A stretch of 64,000 bases of DNA from contig CM102285.1 of the NCBI GenBank assembly GCA_046563655.1, positions 15,190,001 to 15,254,000 on the forward strand, given 5' to 3'. The stretch comes from Yuukianura sp. NJ FZ-2021 (lineage: Eukaryota). The translations under genes were made by a program, and so were the position numbers. The stretch's first letter is position 1. Every line of letters begins with the position of its first letter. The notes under the pieces are model-generated. The model made no database searches. It saw only the letters and a list, made by a program, of their open reading frames with translations, and was not told the DNA's origin. Below, piece after piece: positions 48,372 to 62,104 of the stretch.

Positions 48372-50235
48372 ATGGAGGGTAAGCACAAAAGTTTACAAAT
48401 AATTAATCAATTTCAACTAATTGATAGAGAATTGCTAAGTTTTTGTGTTTTTTTTTCAGTGTACACGCCAGACAGCATGGAGTACCAGTTCCACCCAGTT
48501 CCACTTTTTCGCAAGAAAATTGCCATCAAGGCTCCGCATGACGCCCACATCAGTTTCAGTTCAGGCGAAACCGGAAGTACGGCGTCCTTGGTCGAGATCT
48601 TCCTCGGTGCCTGGGAAAACACAAAGTCCGTCATCCGATTCAACGAGCAGAGTGACGACAAAGCATCCGTCGATACGCCTGGACTCCTCACTGTTGATGA
48701 ACACCGTGAATTCACGTTCGAGTGGACTCCGAGTGGCACTCTGTTCCAAGTCTACGGCGGGGACGACGTGGATCCATTTCTGTGCTGGCAAAACACTCAA
48801 TCTTTTAAAATCACTCAGGTCGGAGTAAGAACTGCTTGGGGAGCCACTGGCGACTTCATTATTGACGGTACTAAAAACCACATTTTCTAAATTCAAAATT
48901 TGAAAAAAAAATTTCAAAAAATTTGTGAAATATTTTTGAAATTTTCATTGAAAAGTTTGACTTTTTAGGAGTGAGTTTCATCGGAACTGCTGACTCTTTG
49001 GAGTACCAGTACACCCCAGTGGATTCTCCAGGAGGCCACCTTGACCTCCAAATTAAGGCTGGAAATGACGCTTCAGTCATCTTGACCTCTGGACCAAAAG
49101 ATGAGTTGCCGCAAACTGAAATTGTGATTGGCGGTTGGCAAAACAGTCGGTGTGCCATCAGACACAACAGAGAGAGACCAGGAATCATTGAATTTGACAT
49201 TGCACAACCGTTAAACAGAGAAAACTACCAAAGATTTGTCATTGACTGGAGCCACAACGAGGTCAAGGTAGGTCAAATCACAAATTAATTCAAAAAGAAA
49301 AGCTTCCATTTGAAATTTAGCTGGAATTTAACATTTTTGTGGACTTTAGGTGAGTATCGGTCCAGATACGGTGCCCATCATGATCTGGAATCCACGCAAC
49401 GCCCATCCAGTGACACATTTTGGAATCAGGACTGCTTATGGATCTGACGGTTACTGGCTTGTTCCAAGTAAGTTTTTAAACTACATTGAAAATTAAAAAT
49501 TATAAACTATAAAGTTATTTTTGTGATTTGCAGCTGAGAACACTTCCAAAGCACGCTTCTCCTGCGCTGTTCCTGAAGCCATTCAAGCTCCACCGGCCCC
49601 GCCGGCAGTTGATTCTGGAATGGGGTGGGTGGAACCTGGCGGGGCCAACCCTTGTCCACCAGAAGCGATTGACAATGAAGTGGAACGAGCTCGGCGTGCA
49701 GTTGAAAAACTGCCGCTGGGTGGATACGATTGGGTGGAATTCGGTGGTTCTTTGCCAGAAAATGCTGTGGTGGGAGGTCAAGATGGTGGCGACGTCATTT
49801 ATGTCGCCCGTGCTCGACATGAAGAGGATTTGATCCCTGGGAAACTACTGCCTTCTCATGGAGTCACTTATGTCGCTTGGGGCGGAGAGGAACACGCCAA
49901 GAAATCATACGAAGTACAAACAATTTCACGAATTCCAAATAATTTAGATCAAAATCTTTGGAAAATGTTAGTTTTTGAAAAATTTGAACTTGTTTTAGAT
50001 TCTGGTGGCTCCAGCATCCTCTGTGAGTTGGATAGCTGATCGTATGGGGTCGGTTCCTCACAATGCGATTCCTGGTGGGTTAAGTGACTACCATGAAACG
50101 CTGTACATTGGACGAACTTCGCACAAGGGAACAGTGACCGTGGGAAAGATTCATCCGAGCCACGGCAGTTTGTACATCCCGTATGGCGGAAAAGAAGTGG
50201 CTTTCAGTGAATATGAAGTACTCGTCAAAAACTAA
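48372..50235 (+). CDS. Farnesoic acid O-methyltransferase-like protein: two FAMeT domains plus two DM9 repeats
   Basis: Six exons. Two repeats of T.DS.EYQ...IKA..DA...EI..G.W.N....IR..G.RTA.G..G, a Pro-rich linker, then DM9 units (WV..GSLPENAV.GG..YVARA.H..LIPGK..PSHG..Y..GG.E...YE, twice). Confidence 0.85.
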
Positions 50236-50605
50236 ATGTTACAAAAAGATTTCTAGAAATGGACACTAAAATTCTCTTCTCAGATTCTAGAAATTGAAAA
50301 AGAAGCCTTTAGGTGTGACTTTCCTTCTATTTCTCTATGCATTCTCTTTGTAAGCCTCGTGTAGTGCCTTAACTCACAAAAAACTAAAAACTAAATAAAA
50401 TGTTCTAAACTAAGTAAAAGTCAAACTAAACTCCATTCAAAATGAAAGTACTGCCAAGTACTTGTTGAGTAACTTATTGAAGTAGCGTAATTTCAGCATT
50501 AGCCTTAATTTTAGGAGTATTCAGTCGAGTTTGGGAGTTGAGGTTTAGCTCTGTTGTTGGAAAAAGAGTGAGGTCATTGGGTCATTGACCTGGGTCAAAG
50601 TGATG

Positions 50606-53600
50606 TCAACTGACAGCTACTCCGTTGATGGTGACTATTGAGTTGCGTTCGTTGACATCTTCGTAGATGTGTTCTGGAGTGGGGTTGTCGTAGTAGTGCG
50701 GTTCGAACATGACCATTGGAGTGTCCTTGTTCGTCACTGGACCAGGGGTCACGACCTCTTCTTTTCTCCTCCTCCGACTGGACAGGAGGCAGAGGTAGAC
50801 GGAAGTAAGTAGAACAAGAAGGAAGACGACGACGCCAATTGATGATCCAATCACAATGGGCAGAGAAGTGTGTTTGTCCTGGAGGGCGCATGCTGGAGGT
50901 TCTCCAGGGTTCCAGTGGCCGTCGAAGCACGTCAAAATCGCTGATCCGACGCGAGTGAACCCTGGAACGCAGTGGTATTCCACTTGAGCATTGTGCGTCA
51001 AAGTAGAATTCAAAGGAAACATTCGGGCGTTCGGCGTCGGAGGGGGCGCTGGACAAGGAATCGCTGAAAACAACAAACAGTTTCCGTAGATAATTTTTTC
51101 TAAACAGGATTTTCCCCTAAATCAATTTTTCCTAAATACATTTTTGATTTTTGCTAAATAAATAGAGTTCAAGGGTCAGTGAAGGAGCTGGACGGAAATG
51201 ATTTCAATGGAAACTTTTCTAAAAAATTTATATTAAATAAATTTTTTGGAAATTTTTACCTCGGCATTTTGGCTCGGCCCCTGACCACTCCCCGTTTTCC
51301 AGACAAATGCGGGTACTGTTGCCAAGCAACTCGGTGCCCCTTGGACAACTGTAAGTCGCCATTCCGCCTGGACGGAACTTTGTCACCAAAATATTCTCAG
51401 ACTCCAATTTCTCACAAGCAATTTCTGAAATCACAAAATCACGAAATTTCCAAAATAGAAACTTTTCTAAATTAAATAATTTTTAAAGTTTTATTTTTCT
51501 TTTGAATTTCTATACCTTGACAAGTTGCACTTCCAGTCCACTTTCCATCTTCCCCGCAAACAACGCGTTCTCTTCCTTCCAGTTTCCATCCATGATCGCA
51601 TTCGTAAGTGGCTGATGATCCTAGGAAAGTTGTGTTGGAAGATAGGTCGTATCTGCCGTTGAGAATTGACCTGGGGTCACCACAGTCCACGAAAGTACAA
51701 GATGGCGGCTGTCCATTCCATTCTCCGGCGACACACGTCTGAGCACCAGAGTCTCCCACCATTTTATAGCCGCGTTCACACCGATATCGAATCACAGAAC
51801 CCAGGCGATACGTTTGCTTTGAACTCTCTGCTGGACTACTCACAGTTATCAAACTACGAGCAGCACTCCGGTCGTTCAAGGTCACAGAAATCACGGCATT
51901 AGGCGGAAGAGGGGGTTCAGCGCAACGAATTTCTAAAAAAAAAAACCAACAATTTCAATTGAATTTCTACAAAAAAATCCACAATTGGAATTTCAACTAC
52001 CAAAATTCCAGCATTTTAGTTGATGTTTAAGTTGAAAATTGTTTTAAGCGGCGTTCACACCTTCGCATTTTGGAGAAACGCCACTCCAAACGCCATCTTC
52101 TCCGCACGCCCGAATTTCGTCTCCGTTGAGTTTGTAATTGGTTGCACAAGAATATCGAATGGAGGATCCGACATGCGTGGATTGGTAGTTCAACTGACCA
52201 TGCAGAACGGTCGGAGGGCGACCACAGTCAACGTCTGAAACAAAATTCAACAAATGTTTCAAAATTTCAATGAATTACGTAACTTCAAATGAATTTTCGA
52301 AATTTTTCAAAATATTTCAATTGTTTTCGTACATCGGCAGAAAGGAGCAGCACCGCTCCATTCTCCAGTATTTCTGCACTTGCGCACTGAGTTTCCAATG
52401 AGCAAGTATCCTTCTTCGCAATGGTAGTTGATTTCCGAGTGCAAACTAAAGTCATAGCCAGTGATGAACCCACCAGCAGGAACTGCTGGCTCATTACACG
52501 TAATCGCTGAAAAGGTCAAAGGTCAATTTTTAAAAAAGGTCAAAGGTCAACTTTTAGAAACAGTTTTTTAACATTGTTTTAAAATTTTGAACTTACGAAT
52601 GCATCCTCCGTTGCCTTTCCACATTGAATCAACATCGCACACCAACGTTTCGTCTCCATCGACCCAAAATCCTTCGTCACAAATAACGTGTGCTACGGAA
52701 TTGAGCATGAGTGCTTCAGGTACTATTTTGCCACTTGTAATCTTGGGGACACTGGGACACTCAATGTATTGACATGCTGGTGGGGCAGGGTCCCACTTCC
52801 CACCGAGGTGGCACACGGACCCACCAGAACCAATCAGAATGGAACCAGCATTGCAAGTGTAGTTGGCCACAGATCCTGGACTCAATCCTGATGTAACTAC
52901 TGTTCCATTTATCAATGGAGGGGGATGTTCACAAAACGAAACTGAAAAAATGATATTTTATTTTACAAAATATTTTGAAAAAGACTTTTTGAAAAAGTTT
53001 TTTCTGAAATTTTGAAAAGTTTTACCGAGACATTGCGGATGTGACCCTGACCAAGATGCATCTTCCTTGCACGTTCTTTCAGAAACGCCAACAAGAGTAT
53101 ATTGCTTGTTACATGAATATTTAACAACGGCCCCGAAATCTGTCCGATTCGGAGAATCAACCACTCCATTTTCCAAATTCGACGGCAAAGCTCCACAATC
53201 CACATCTACAAAAATGAAAATTTCAAATTTCAAAATGGGAAAATTTTGATCCGAAATTTTGAAATTCCAAATTTTGTTACATTTGCAGGTTGGTGCTGCT
53301 CCTGTCCATCGACTGTTGCTCAAACACTCTCTCCACTCATCCCCCACCACAAAGTGACCTTGAGGACAAGAATATCTCACTTTGAATCCCACTCTGTACT
53401 CCGGTTGACCTTGAAAAGTAGTCATCTCCCTCCTGTCGGGGGTGGGGCATGTGGCTGCTCTGAACTGACAGATGAACCCAATCATGTCCACATTGCACCC
53501 CACGTCGTTCCAGCTCCAGTCTCTCTGCCCATCCAGCATCACGCAGTTCTGCTCTCGGTTGTAGTTGTTCGGCTGGTCTTTGCCCCACGGCGGCTTCTTC

Positions 53601-56600
53601 ACCACTTCTCCAGTCCCTGTCCAGCGCCACGTCCTGGAAGTGAACCCACGGTCTCTCTCCACTCCGATCCAGTACAACTGTCTTATGCCCTTCAACTGAT
53701 CCAGCTTCTCACGCAGGATACTCATGGGGTAGTTGGACGACAGCAACTCTCCTTTCCTACTACTGCACTGCGCAGACGCTGACGGATAGGTCTAACAAAT
53801 TTCCAAAAAATTTCCAAAGTTGAAAAATTTTCTGACCCATTTTCACAAAATTTTGTCTTTTTTTCAATTTTTGAAAAGTTTATAAAATTTTGAAAGCATG
53901 ATTTTACATGTCCAGTAGAAACGATTTCGTAGCAAGTTGAATTGAATGACACAATTTCTCCAGCGACGGTCGCAGGTTTGCAGCGTGACGGATCTGAAAA
54001 AAATAAAGCTTTAATTTAAGGACGTGTGTTATGCGTCTAATAAACAGTAATCGTTAAATTTAGTAACCACGATAACCGAGCTTGTTTAGTTAGTAAAAGA
54101 TGCAGACATCGACAAAAAGAAACGCCCTCTTGGGTGGTGAAAAAGGATCAGTGCAAATATGATCAAAAAAAGTATGTACTAAACCAGCCCCCTGCAAATG
54201 GCGCCCATAGCAACCAACGCAATTTTTTGTTTGTGACGTCACCAGCTGAAAAATACCGTAATCGTGAAATTGGAACCCGCTGGCATTTACGTAAACAAGA
54301 TGTGTCTTACGGGTTTCTATAGGACACCACCAATAATTGGCAGAATTCCGGTATTTTCAGCGGGTGACGTCATTTTTTTTTCCACATGGCAACCAAACAA
54401 ATTTTCCATTCGCACTACCTAGTAGTATTCTATTTACCTTGGTACTAAACAAACAAAATACTGACTCAAAGTTCGGTTGCCGCCGTCTGGGTTTTGTCGA
54501 CAACTTCTTTGAGAATGCGACATTGAAATTGAAAAATGGTTTTGCTCAGCGTAGGAAGGTCGTACAATGACCCACAATATATCAAACTTTAGGAAAAGAC
54601 TTGATCTAGTATCATGACCGAGGAAATTACAAAATTTTAGTTCTATCTATGTAAAAATAGAGGTGGAATGTTTGGGTCAATTTTTTTCACAGTTAGAAGT
54701 AAAATTTTGTAATTTCCTCGGTTATGATACTAGATCAAGTCTTTTTCTAAAGTTTGATATATTGTGGGTCATTGTACGACCTTCCTACGCGGATCCAGAC
54801 CATTTTTCATTTCATGAGTTACAGTCGCATTTTGACCCCCCGTTTCCAGGGTGTTCGCACACCTTAACCGCCACTTCGTAAAAACTGGCATAATTCATGA
54901 ATATATGACAGCTTTGGAAAAGATTAATTTTTTAGTGGAGTTTAACTTATTACAAAAATTCAAAATTCGAAGAATTCGAAGAAAAATATTTTCAAAAGCA
55001 AAAAGAATCACTTTTTGTAAATTTTTTGAAAATATTTTTTATAGATGTAACTGACCGTGTGTTGAGTAGACTTGGATGTCACAGAGTTGCAGAAGCCCTT
55101 CACCCACCATTTGCACAAAGACATACTGAGCAGTGATTGGACGAGAGCACTGCACAGTTTCATTCATCGCTGAAATTCAAATAGTAACAACTTTCAAAAA
55201 TCAAAAATTTTGAAAAAGTTGTAAATGCTTACGTCCAGTTTCCCATTTGCAGATTGGATTTTTGCCAGCAGCGACGCTGTTGTTTCCTGCTCTAACTTCC
55301 ACGTCCAAATTCGTCGTTCCACCGCCAAAGAGCAATTTAACATAGTTGACCGGAACGGGATGCAAGAGGTCAAGTTTAAAATGTGGATTGGACTCTTTCA
55401 CACTCCCACTGCAACTCTTGTCCAGAGAATTGTAACGAGAAATCGCTTTGGCTAAAAAATCAATTCATAACTTCAAAAATCATCAACAAAAACCAACTTT
55501 TTAAAGTGTTTGAAGATTTACCACAAACAGGGAGTTTGTACTCTCCATTCTTGTGGCATTCCGGCAGTGGATCTCCGAACAGTTCGAATCCTTCGTCACA
55601 CACGATTTTCCCTTGGATTAATTGAGAGTTGAGCGGAGATGGAGGCGGAGTGGGGCATCCTGAGAATGAAATTATTATATATAATATATTATATATTATA
55701 TTTTTATAATTGAGCGTTGATTACCCCCGGGGGCACAATTGGTCAACTTTGATTGAACAATTAGTTTTGTTTTGTTTTGGGAAGTGTGTCAGTGGAGATG
55801 GGCTTAAGTCGTGGTTCCCCGGGGGGACTTGTGTTAACCTTGGAGTAATCGTGAAGATGATCTCTCCACCCATTAATCTTCACTTGTGCGTGAGGATTGA
55901 TTTTACAATTATTTACAAGTTTCTCATTCTAATTACACTCTGCTAATTACGAATTACGTCCACCGTTTCATCATGGCATTGAGCAATAAGTTCAAACAAT
56001 GGAGGAACGGAAGTGTGGAAACAAAGTGAGGACTTGGGAAAGAAAAGAAGGATCAAGGGCACTCCCCTTCATCCTTCAAGGAACATGGAGGATGCGTCCA
56101 GGGCCCCAACAATCATTTCTCAACATTCACACTTTGGAATACTGTTGACATTGGGTGTCCAACAATCAAAAACAACAATGGACGAGGAAGACGCTTCTTT
56201 CAATTTCAATTTCAAATTAGATTCAAAACAAAACATGAATTTGATTTGTCTAGAATTAATCAATGTCACTCTTCAATTGCTTCAAACTTCAAGGAATTCA
56301 TAACCATTTGTAAACACAAATTGATTCAAAATCACAATGTCATAAAATTAATGGCTTTTGATTCCATTAATGAGCAAATGAAGGTTTTCTTGAAAACTGA
56401 AACTTAAAAAGTTTTTAGTAAAAACTAGTAATTTTGGATCATTCATTCACAAAATTGCGGAGCTATAAATCAATCGTGTCAAACCGTCAGACAATATCAC
56501 GTTTTTAGGCCCAACCGCCACGAAATTTAGCAAGTTTTTGTTGTTTATGATTTTGTATGTTAATGGACTAGGAAATCGTTAAGTATGTCTTTTGTTTTTG

Positions 56601-59355
56601 TTTACTCTAATAAATTGAGCAGAATGTGGTTGTGTCGGATCGTGATTGGCACCACCACACCTCAAATTATTCCCACTCAAACTTAAACTAATCAAAATTT
56701 AATGATTTTCCTAAAGAATTTCCTTGTCTCTGGAGATCGTCGATTCCGCGATTAAGAAATTCCTTTGGAAATTTAGAAAAGTGAAGGTCGCGTGATCTTC
56801 TTTAGATTTGATCAGTTGAGCAACAAGTGTTGGAGTGACCTGCGGCCATTCTTCACTCCAACTGACCCCCTCTCAACAATCAATAGGTCATCAATCACTC
56901 CTTGTCAAGGATGAAATCATTAAACTAACCAAATCTAATCAAATTCCTCAAATCCATTTTTCATCACTTTCATAACATCAATGCCACAAACCAAAAAACA
57001 ACACAATTTTGTATTGAACACACAGTTTCAGAATAGTTTAAAATGTGAGTGGCGTACATTTTCACCAAAAATGGAACTTAGTAGAAATACGTGTATCTCC
57101 AGGGGGACTTAAGTCTTAAAATGGAAAGTGTGAAAGTGGTTAGTGGGCCATCATGATTGCATGCCAAATTTTAATTATCCGCTGGGATATCTTTAGGATT
57201 TGCAAATTCCAACTCCCATCCCATTCACACCAATAAAAACTTTCAACCATCGGAAATTCAATTACAACTTCACGAAAACACCATTCTTTCCTACAACTCA
57301 TGAAAGAAACAGAGTTAAGCCATGACAAATTAAACAATTCAAAAATTAAAGCTTTAGGATCTAAAAGTTAGAAAAATGTAAGTGTAATGAGGCGTGTCGC
57401 TTCCCAGTGACTCGTTAACTGTCGACCCAATGAACCCCATCACAAAAAGTCACTTTCATTGTCTTCCTCATACGCATCCCACTTAAAAGCTACCTTACCA
57501 TTATCCTGCCATTTTTTTCATTTTTTCAACTAAAAAGTGGTTTTGACTTGGGAAAAGTGAATTACAGCATGAGAGCAGAGTATTGATGGATTTTTTGTTG
57601 GCAGAAACAAGTCGAAGTGGCATACTTCCATCTTAGCCAAAACACTAGTTGCATCAATTGTTGTTTCTTATGCAACTTCCCAATTTGCCACAGTCGGATG
57701 AACCTTTGTTCACGTAATCCTTCAAAATGCACACAATAAACTGATTTCTGACTTATATGAAAACTCTCAACCAGAACAGACCTCCACTCTTTTCAAAAAC
57801 AGTTTCAGTCTTAGAAAAGACTTTTGTTCAAACAAAGCAAATCCTCTCGCTTTTGTTTTCGTGTTAAGTCTACACCCACGCCAAACTGAGACAAAACATG
57901 AAAATGCCAAAAAGTGAAATTAGGACAGAATTTTAATTCCACTCATGTCAGTCCTCTGCCTGCAGTTGCATGTTGTTTACTTTTTCAAAATTCAGCACAA
58001 CATGCTGGTCGCTTTCATCTTGTCATGCAGAGGGGACCAAGGCATCAATCCATGACGAACAACAACGCAAACTTCAAACTGCAAAACTAAGTTGAGGTGA
58101 GAGAAAACTTCAACGTCAAAAACCTAAAAGCCTTGGAAAGAGGATCAGGAGCAATTGAGCGAAACCAAAACTAAGAATTTGAGAAATGGCAACAAAAAGT
58201 AAATTTGAGAGATGGTAACAAAAACTAAATTTGAGAAATGGCAACAAAAGGTAAGAATTTGAGAGATGGTAGGAAAAATGAAATTTGAGAGATGGTAAGC
58301 CAAATGCAGCGGAGCTTAGTTTTGCAATTTGTGTGGGAAGAACGTTGTGGTTGAGTTGAATTTCCAAAAGAATTGAAAATAGTCCCAGCAGAACAAAAGA
58401 GAACGGAAAAGATCTTCCGGCCTCTTACTAACTTTTGCCACCAATCAACAACGAAGTTGCTCTAATAAAATTTGCACAATAGGCAAAATGTTCCGCTACT
58501 CCTGTAACTGCACCTTTTAAAAATTACACAAAAGTTTCCAATTAACTTCTCACAATTATGACTTTGGGTTCACTTGGATAACAATAACCAGTCCTCTCTT
58601 AATTTGAGGATTTGGAGGATTTGAGCGGAAGGAAGTTGAATGGAACCTTGTCTACAGAACAATTCCGTCTCCCGAAGGATTCGCAAATTGCGAATTGCAG
58701 TTCATAATAAAAGTTAGCAGTCGGCTAAAAAAATTAAAAGTCCTTCCAACATACTTTTCCAATCGACCAAGCACAAAAACCACCAGAAATAAAAGTTAAT
58801 GGAATGAAAGCCTTTCAATCCTTGAGTAGCCTCATTTTGTCATTTTGTGGTCAAATGGAAAGGAAAAGTTTGAAATTAGGATATTCCCAGAGGAAAGTAC
58901 TTGAGGGGGGACTTGGACAAGGTCATGAGGAGATGGGTCAGAGGGGCCCTTGGCAGAGTCGTTAAGGGACGGCAAGAGGCAAAGGACTTATTAAAAGTGG
59001 TGACATGCGTGATGAAGCTCAGGTGGATTTTGGTTAAAATAATTAATGATTTCATGGGGCACTTAGAGTGGTGCCCTTGGAGCATAACAAGGTTCCTGCA
59101 GAGGTTACAAGTGGAATGTGAGTCTTTTTAGCAAGAGGTTGAGTAGTTTTGCACAATACGAAGTGGATTGACCTTGAGGATTTGTATCAATATCAGAATA
59201 TGGAATTGGGCACTTATTAATCCAATACTAATTTCATGATTACCTCCTGCAAGCTGAAGTAGGAAGAGGAGGAGGAGGGCCTTGGTGAGATCCAAATAGG
59301 GAACCATCCGCCAGTGGAATCTAGAGCGTCTGTCCAGTCCCTCCATTTTTAGCAT
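50606..59355 (-). CDS. Furrowed-like selectin: signal peptide, CCP, F-type-lectin-like domain, C-type lectin, multiple sushi/CCP repeats, TM helix, short tail
   Basis: gccaccATG at 59355; signal exon ends ~59243; CCP and FTP-like exons at 55.0-55.7 kb; CTLD with WIG..WGKDQPNNYN..QNC..WNDVGC; many CCPs (Y.C..G..L.G...C...G.W....P.C); TM IVIGSSIGVVVFLLVLLTSVYLCLL; stop at 50606. Confidence 0.85.
54512..54832. mobile_element. Foldback/MITE in an intron of the furrowed-like gene
   Basis: Near-perfect ~95-bp arms bounded by 54549 (gcgtaggaaggtcgtacaatgacccacaatatatcaaact..) and 54790, with degenerate outer arms (aatgcgac..tgaaaaatggt / accatttttca..gtcgcatt). Confidence 0.85.
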
Positions 59356-60368
59356 GGTGGCCGCAACGTGTCTCCGCACAAGAGTCACGACGCTGCCAAC
59401 TCATCGTGCTACCAAACACACTTTAAATTCCATCCATCCCAAAATGTCACTGGAAACTAAACAAAACTGCCACTGCAAGGAGTTTGCGCAATCGCACTGG
59501 AAAACCGGATGTTGCTTCCAGCGCAAAATAAGAAATTGAGCCACTTCCAGAAGGATGTTGAGGAATCTGAAATTGTAAGGGACGGGAGACCCTTGGATTG
59601 GTTACTTTGATGAATGTAGAGAAACTGAGTGTATTTGGAGCATGGGAAGTGTCAGAATGAGACTGTGACTGAGCAAGTGAAAGCTGAGTGGTTGGGACTG
59701 AACTGAAATAGAAATAACTTTGGTTCAGTACCCACTCTAGTACTCACAACAATGTCTCAAGGCCTAAACACTTTGAGAATCCGTTCCTTAGTATGCACAA
59801 CAAGCATCCCAACAATAACCCATTCCCTCATCCTATTTGCCAAATGCCAACATTCCCTTGGGGCAAAAGAACAAACACACTCAGAAGAAGTGGGGTGAGA
59901 GATGAAGTCATCGGGTAGCCTCTACATGGTCATCCAATCCTCAAGTTCCAGAGGCAATTGTGGAAAGAGATGAGATCACACCCTTGATCCAAACAAATCA
60001 ATTACAAATTGTCCAATTCAATTTATAATTTACAAAACTACTTAGACTTTATTAAGAAGAAAACAGGTAGCGATAGGGTATTACTAAGGAAGAACCAAGT
60101 CAAGTCCGCAACACTCAAATACAGAAGTATACTTACGCCGATATGCTCAGAACATGCCGAGATGTAGCAGATAAAATTAACTTTATACCTAAAATACTTT
60201 TAGGGAGTTCCAATACAAACAAATGTTTTATGGGTTCCAATGAAAGAACAGAAACGAGGAATAAAATGTAGGCTTACATTAGGTGAAGAGCTGAATAAGA
60301 CATGGCTGTTGAAGTCTAGTTTTGAGTGGACCTTACAAGTGTCATTTAACTTGGAGAGTAGATGTTAA

Positions 60369-60709
60369 TTACAGAAAACTGCCAGCCCAGTCGTTAAGGC
60401 AGTTGTAGCACTGCGTAGCATGGTACGTCGACGCCTTCGTCATTTCCTTGAGCCACTCGATGAACAGCTCTTCATTCTTCTTCAAAACGAGATACTGACC
60501 CAGTACAACGTAGGCCTATCCAAAAACAAACTATTAGTGATGTGTGATGATTTTATAAGAATGTACTGGGCAGTATGACTCACTTTGTCAAATCCTTGAC
60601 TCTCCAGTCTCTTCCCGTAGATATCTCCGATCCCAGCCAAGTCTGTCACTGGTTTCTCTCCCATTGGTTCAGACACGAAATTTCGATGTTTCTGCGACGT
60701 CGAAGTCAT
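60369..60709 (-). CDS. BANF1: Barrier-to-autointegration factor
   Basis: Exons 60709-60584 and 60515-60369: [64 protein letters not shown]. Confidence 0.97.
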
Positions 60710-61190
60710 CTTGTCTTCTTTTTGACTACATAAAGAGACGAAATTAAATTAAACTTGCTTGTCTATTTATCTTATCGATACCAAGATAAGATTCACAATT
60801 AGTAAACTACGTTAAACTTCCAATGCAAGGTTTTACAGCTTGCCAATGAAATTTTAGTAAGCTTTACTAACCACTACATGAAACAGCCACTAACCTTAGT
60901 AATTGTGATGTAATTATTGCTCTATGAAATTCGGAAATTGAAGAAAGACTTGCCTGTTTTAGTCAGATGGAGATGAGTGACTCACGATCAGTAGATGACT
61001 CAGCTGCGGTCTAACGAAAGTCTTTACTCAGTCTACTGAGTTTATCGTCTTCAAAAACTACTGATGAATTGGATACCGAAAAAAACGATTCAGATTACTC
61101 ACACGAAGATCAATGAAGCTCCCGTCCGCAAAAAGACAAAAACAAACCGCAACTCAAAAAATTCGGATTTTTTCGCCAAAAGAAAACAAA

Positions 61191-61206
61191 TTCAAAATCG
61201 CGCGCC
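61191..61206 (-). promoter_or_regulatory. E2F/CDE-CHR (DREAM-type) element upstream of BAF
   Basis: Minus strand reads GGCGCG-CGAT-TTTGAA (GC box, 4-nt spacer, CHR), about 90 nt upstream of the first BAF 5'UTR donor at 61102. Confidence 0.5.
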
Positions 61207-61412
61207 ACAATGACTTTGCATCTTGAGAACTTTGAACGAGACAAAGAGGGTCAGCAAACTACTTGGACCAATAATAATTAAAAATTACAAAAATCCTTGT
61301 ACATAACCATTAATTTAATTATAGAAAGAAAGATGTAACAGAGGGTTGAATAAGTATTGAATCTCTCCATTTGTTGAAAAATTGTTAAAACAAAGTTAGT
61401 TGTAAATCCAAA

Positions 61413-61960
61413 TTAGTCGTCAATCTTCTCCCGAACAGCTTCCTAATTAAAAAAAATTCAGGAAATCAATTCAACATCGGGAACATATTATGGTTTATGA
61501 AGTTACCCGAAACCGTTCTTCTAGCAAGGAGAGTTCTGAAATGAGATCAGTAATGGCGTTTTTGACAGCATCTTGCGGGGAATAGTCGGCCGTCGTCTGA
61601 ACGCGAAGAATGATTTTGTGTTCCAAAGGGTGTGGCTGCTTGTAACCGGCGAACAGCACATGCGGATCCTTGAGCAGTTGCCTAAGTGGGAAAACGAATG
61701 CATTACGATTGCCTTAGATTAACTATACGCTGATTAACTCACATTCGAATCATGTTTCCCAGCGTATGGTCCTCCTTGTTTATTGTAAACATAGCAGCAT
61801 TCGGAACCTTCGTGTCCAGTTCCATTGTCACCCTGTTAAACAAAAAATTCAAACGTAAAACTACGATCCATAATGTTAAAGCGTCTCTTTCTTTGTGCTT
61901 GGCTTACTTCTTCTCTCCATCGAAGAGAACAAAGGATTCAAATGTTGGTGGAGCATTCAT
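61413..61960 (-). CDS. POLR2J: RNA polymerase II subunit RPB11
   Basis: Exons 61960-61908, 61832-61743, 61681-61507, 61442-61413: [60 protein letters not shown].. Confidence 0.97.
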
Positions 61961-62104
61961 TGTTACTTTCACTAAATCCGCTAATGGGCACTTCTAAAAA
62001 CTGGAACGTAATTGAGAAATTTACGTTAATTGATTGATTACTCACTGTCACTCCCTTTACTGCTTTACTTCGACTTTTGGATTTATATTTGTTTTGATCT
62101 TAAC

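Noticed and set aside
60960..61050. SECIS- or snoRNA-like hairpin near BAF
   Set aside because: It lies in a 5' region, lacks the tandem GA quartet and proper C/D or H/ACA boxes, and has only short stems.
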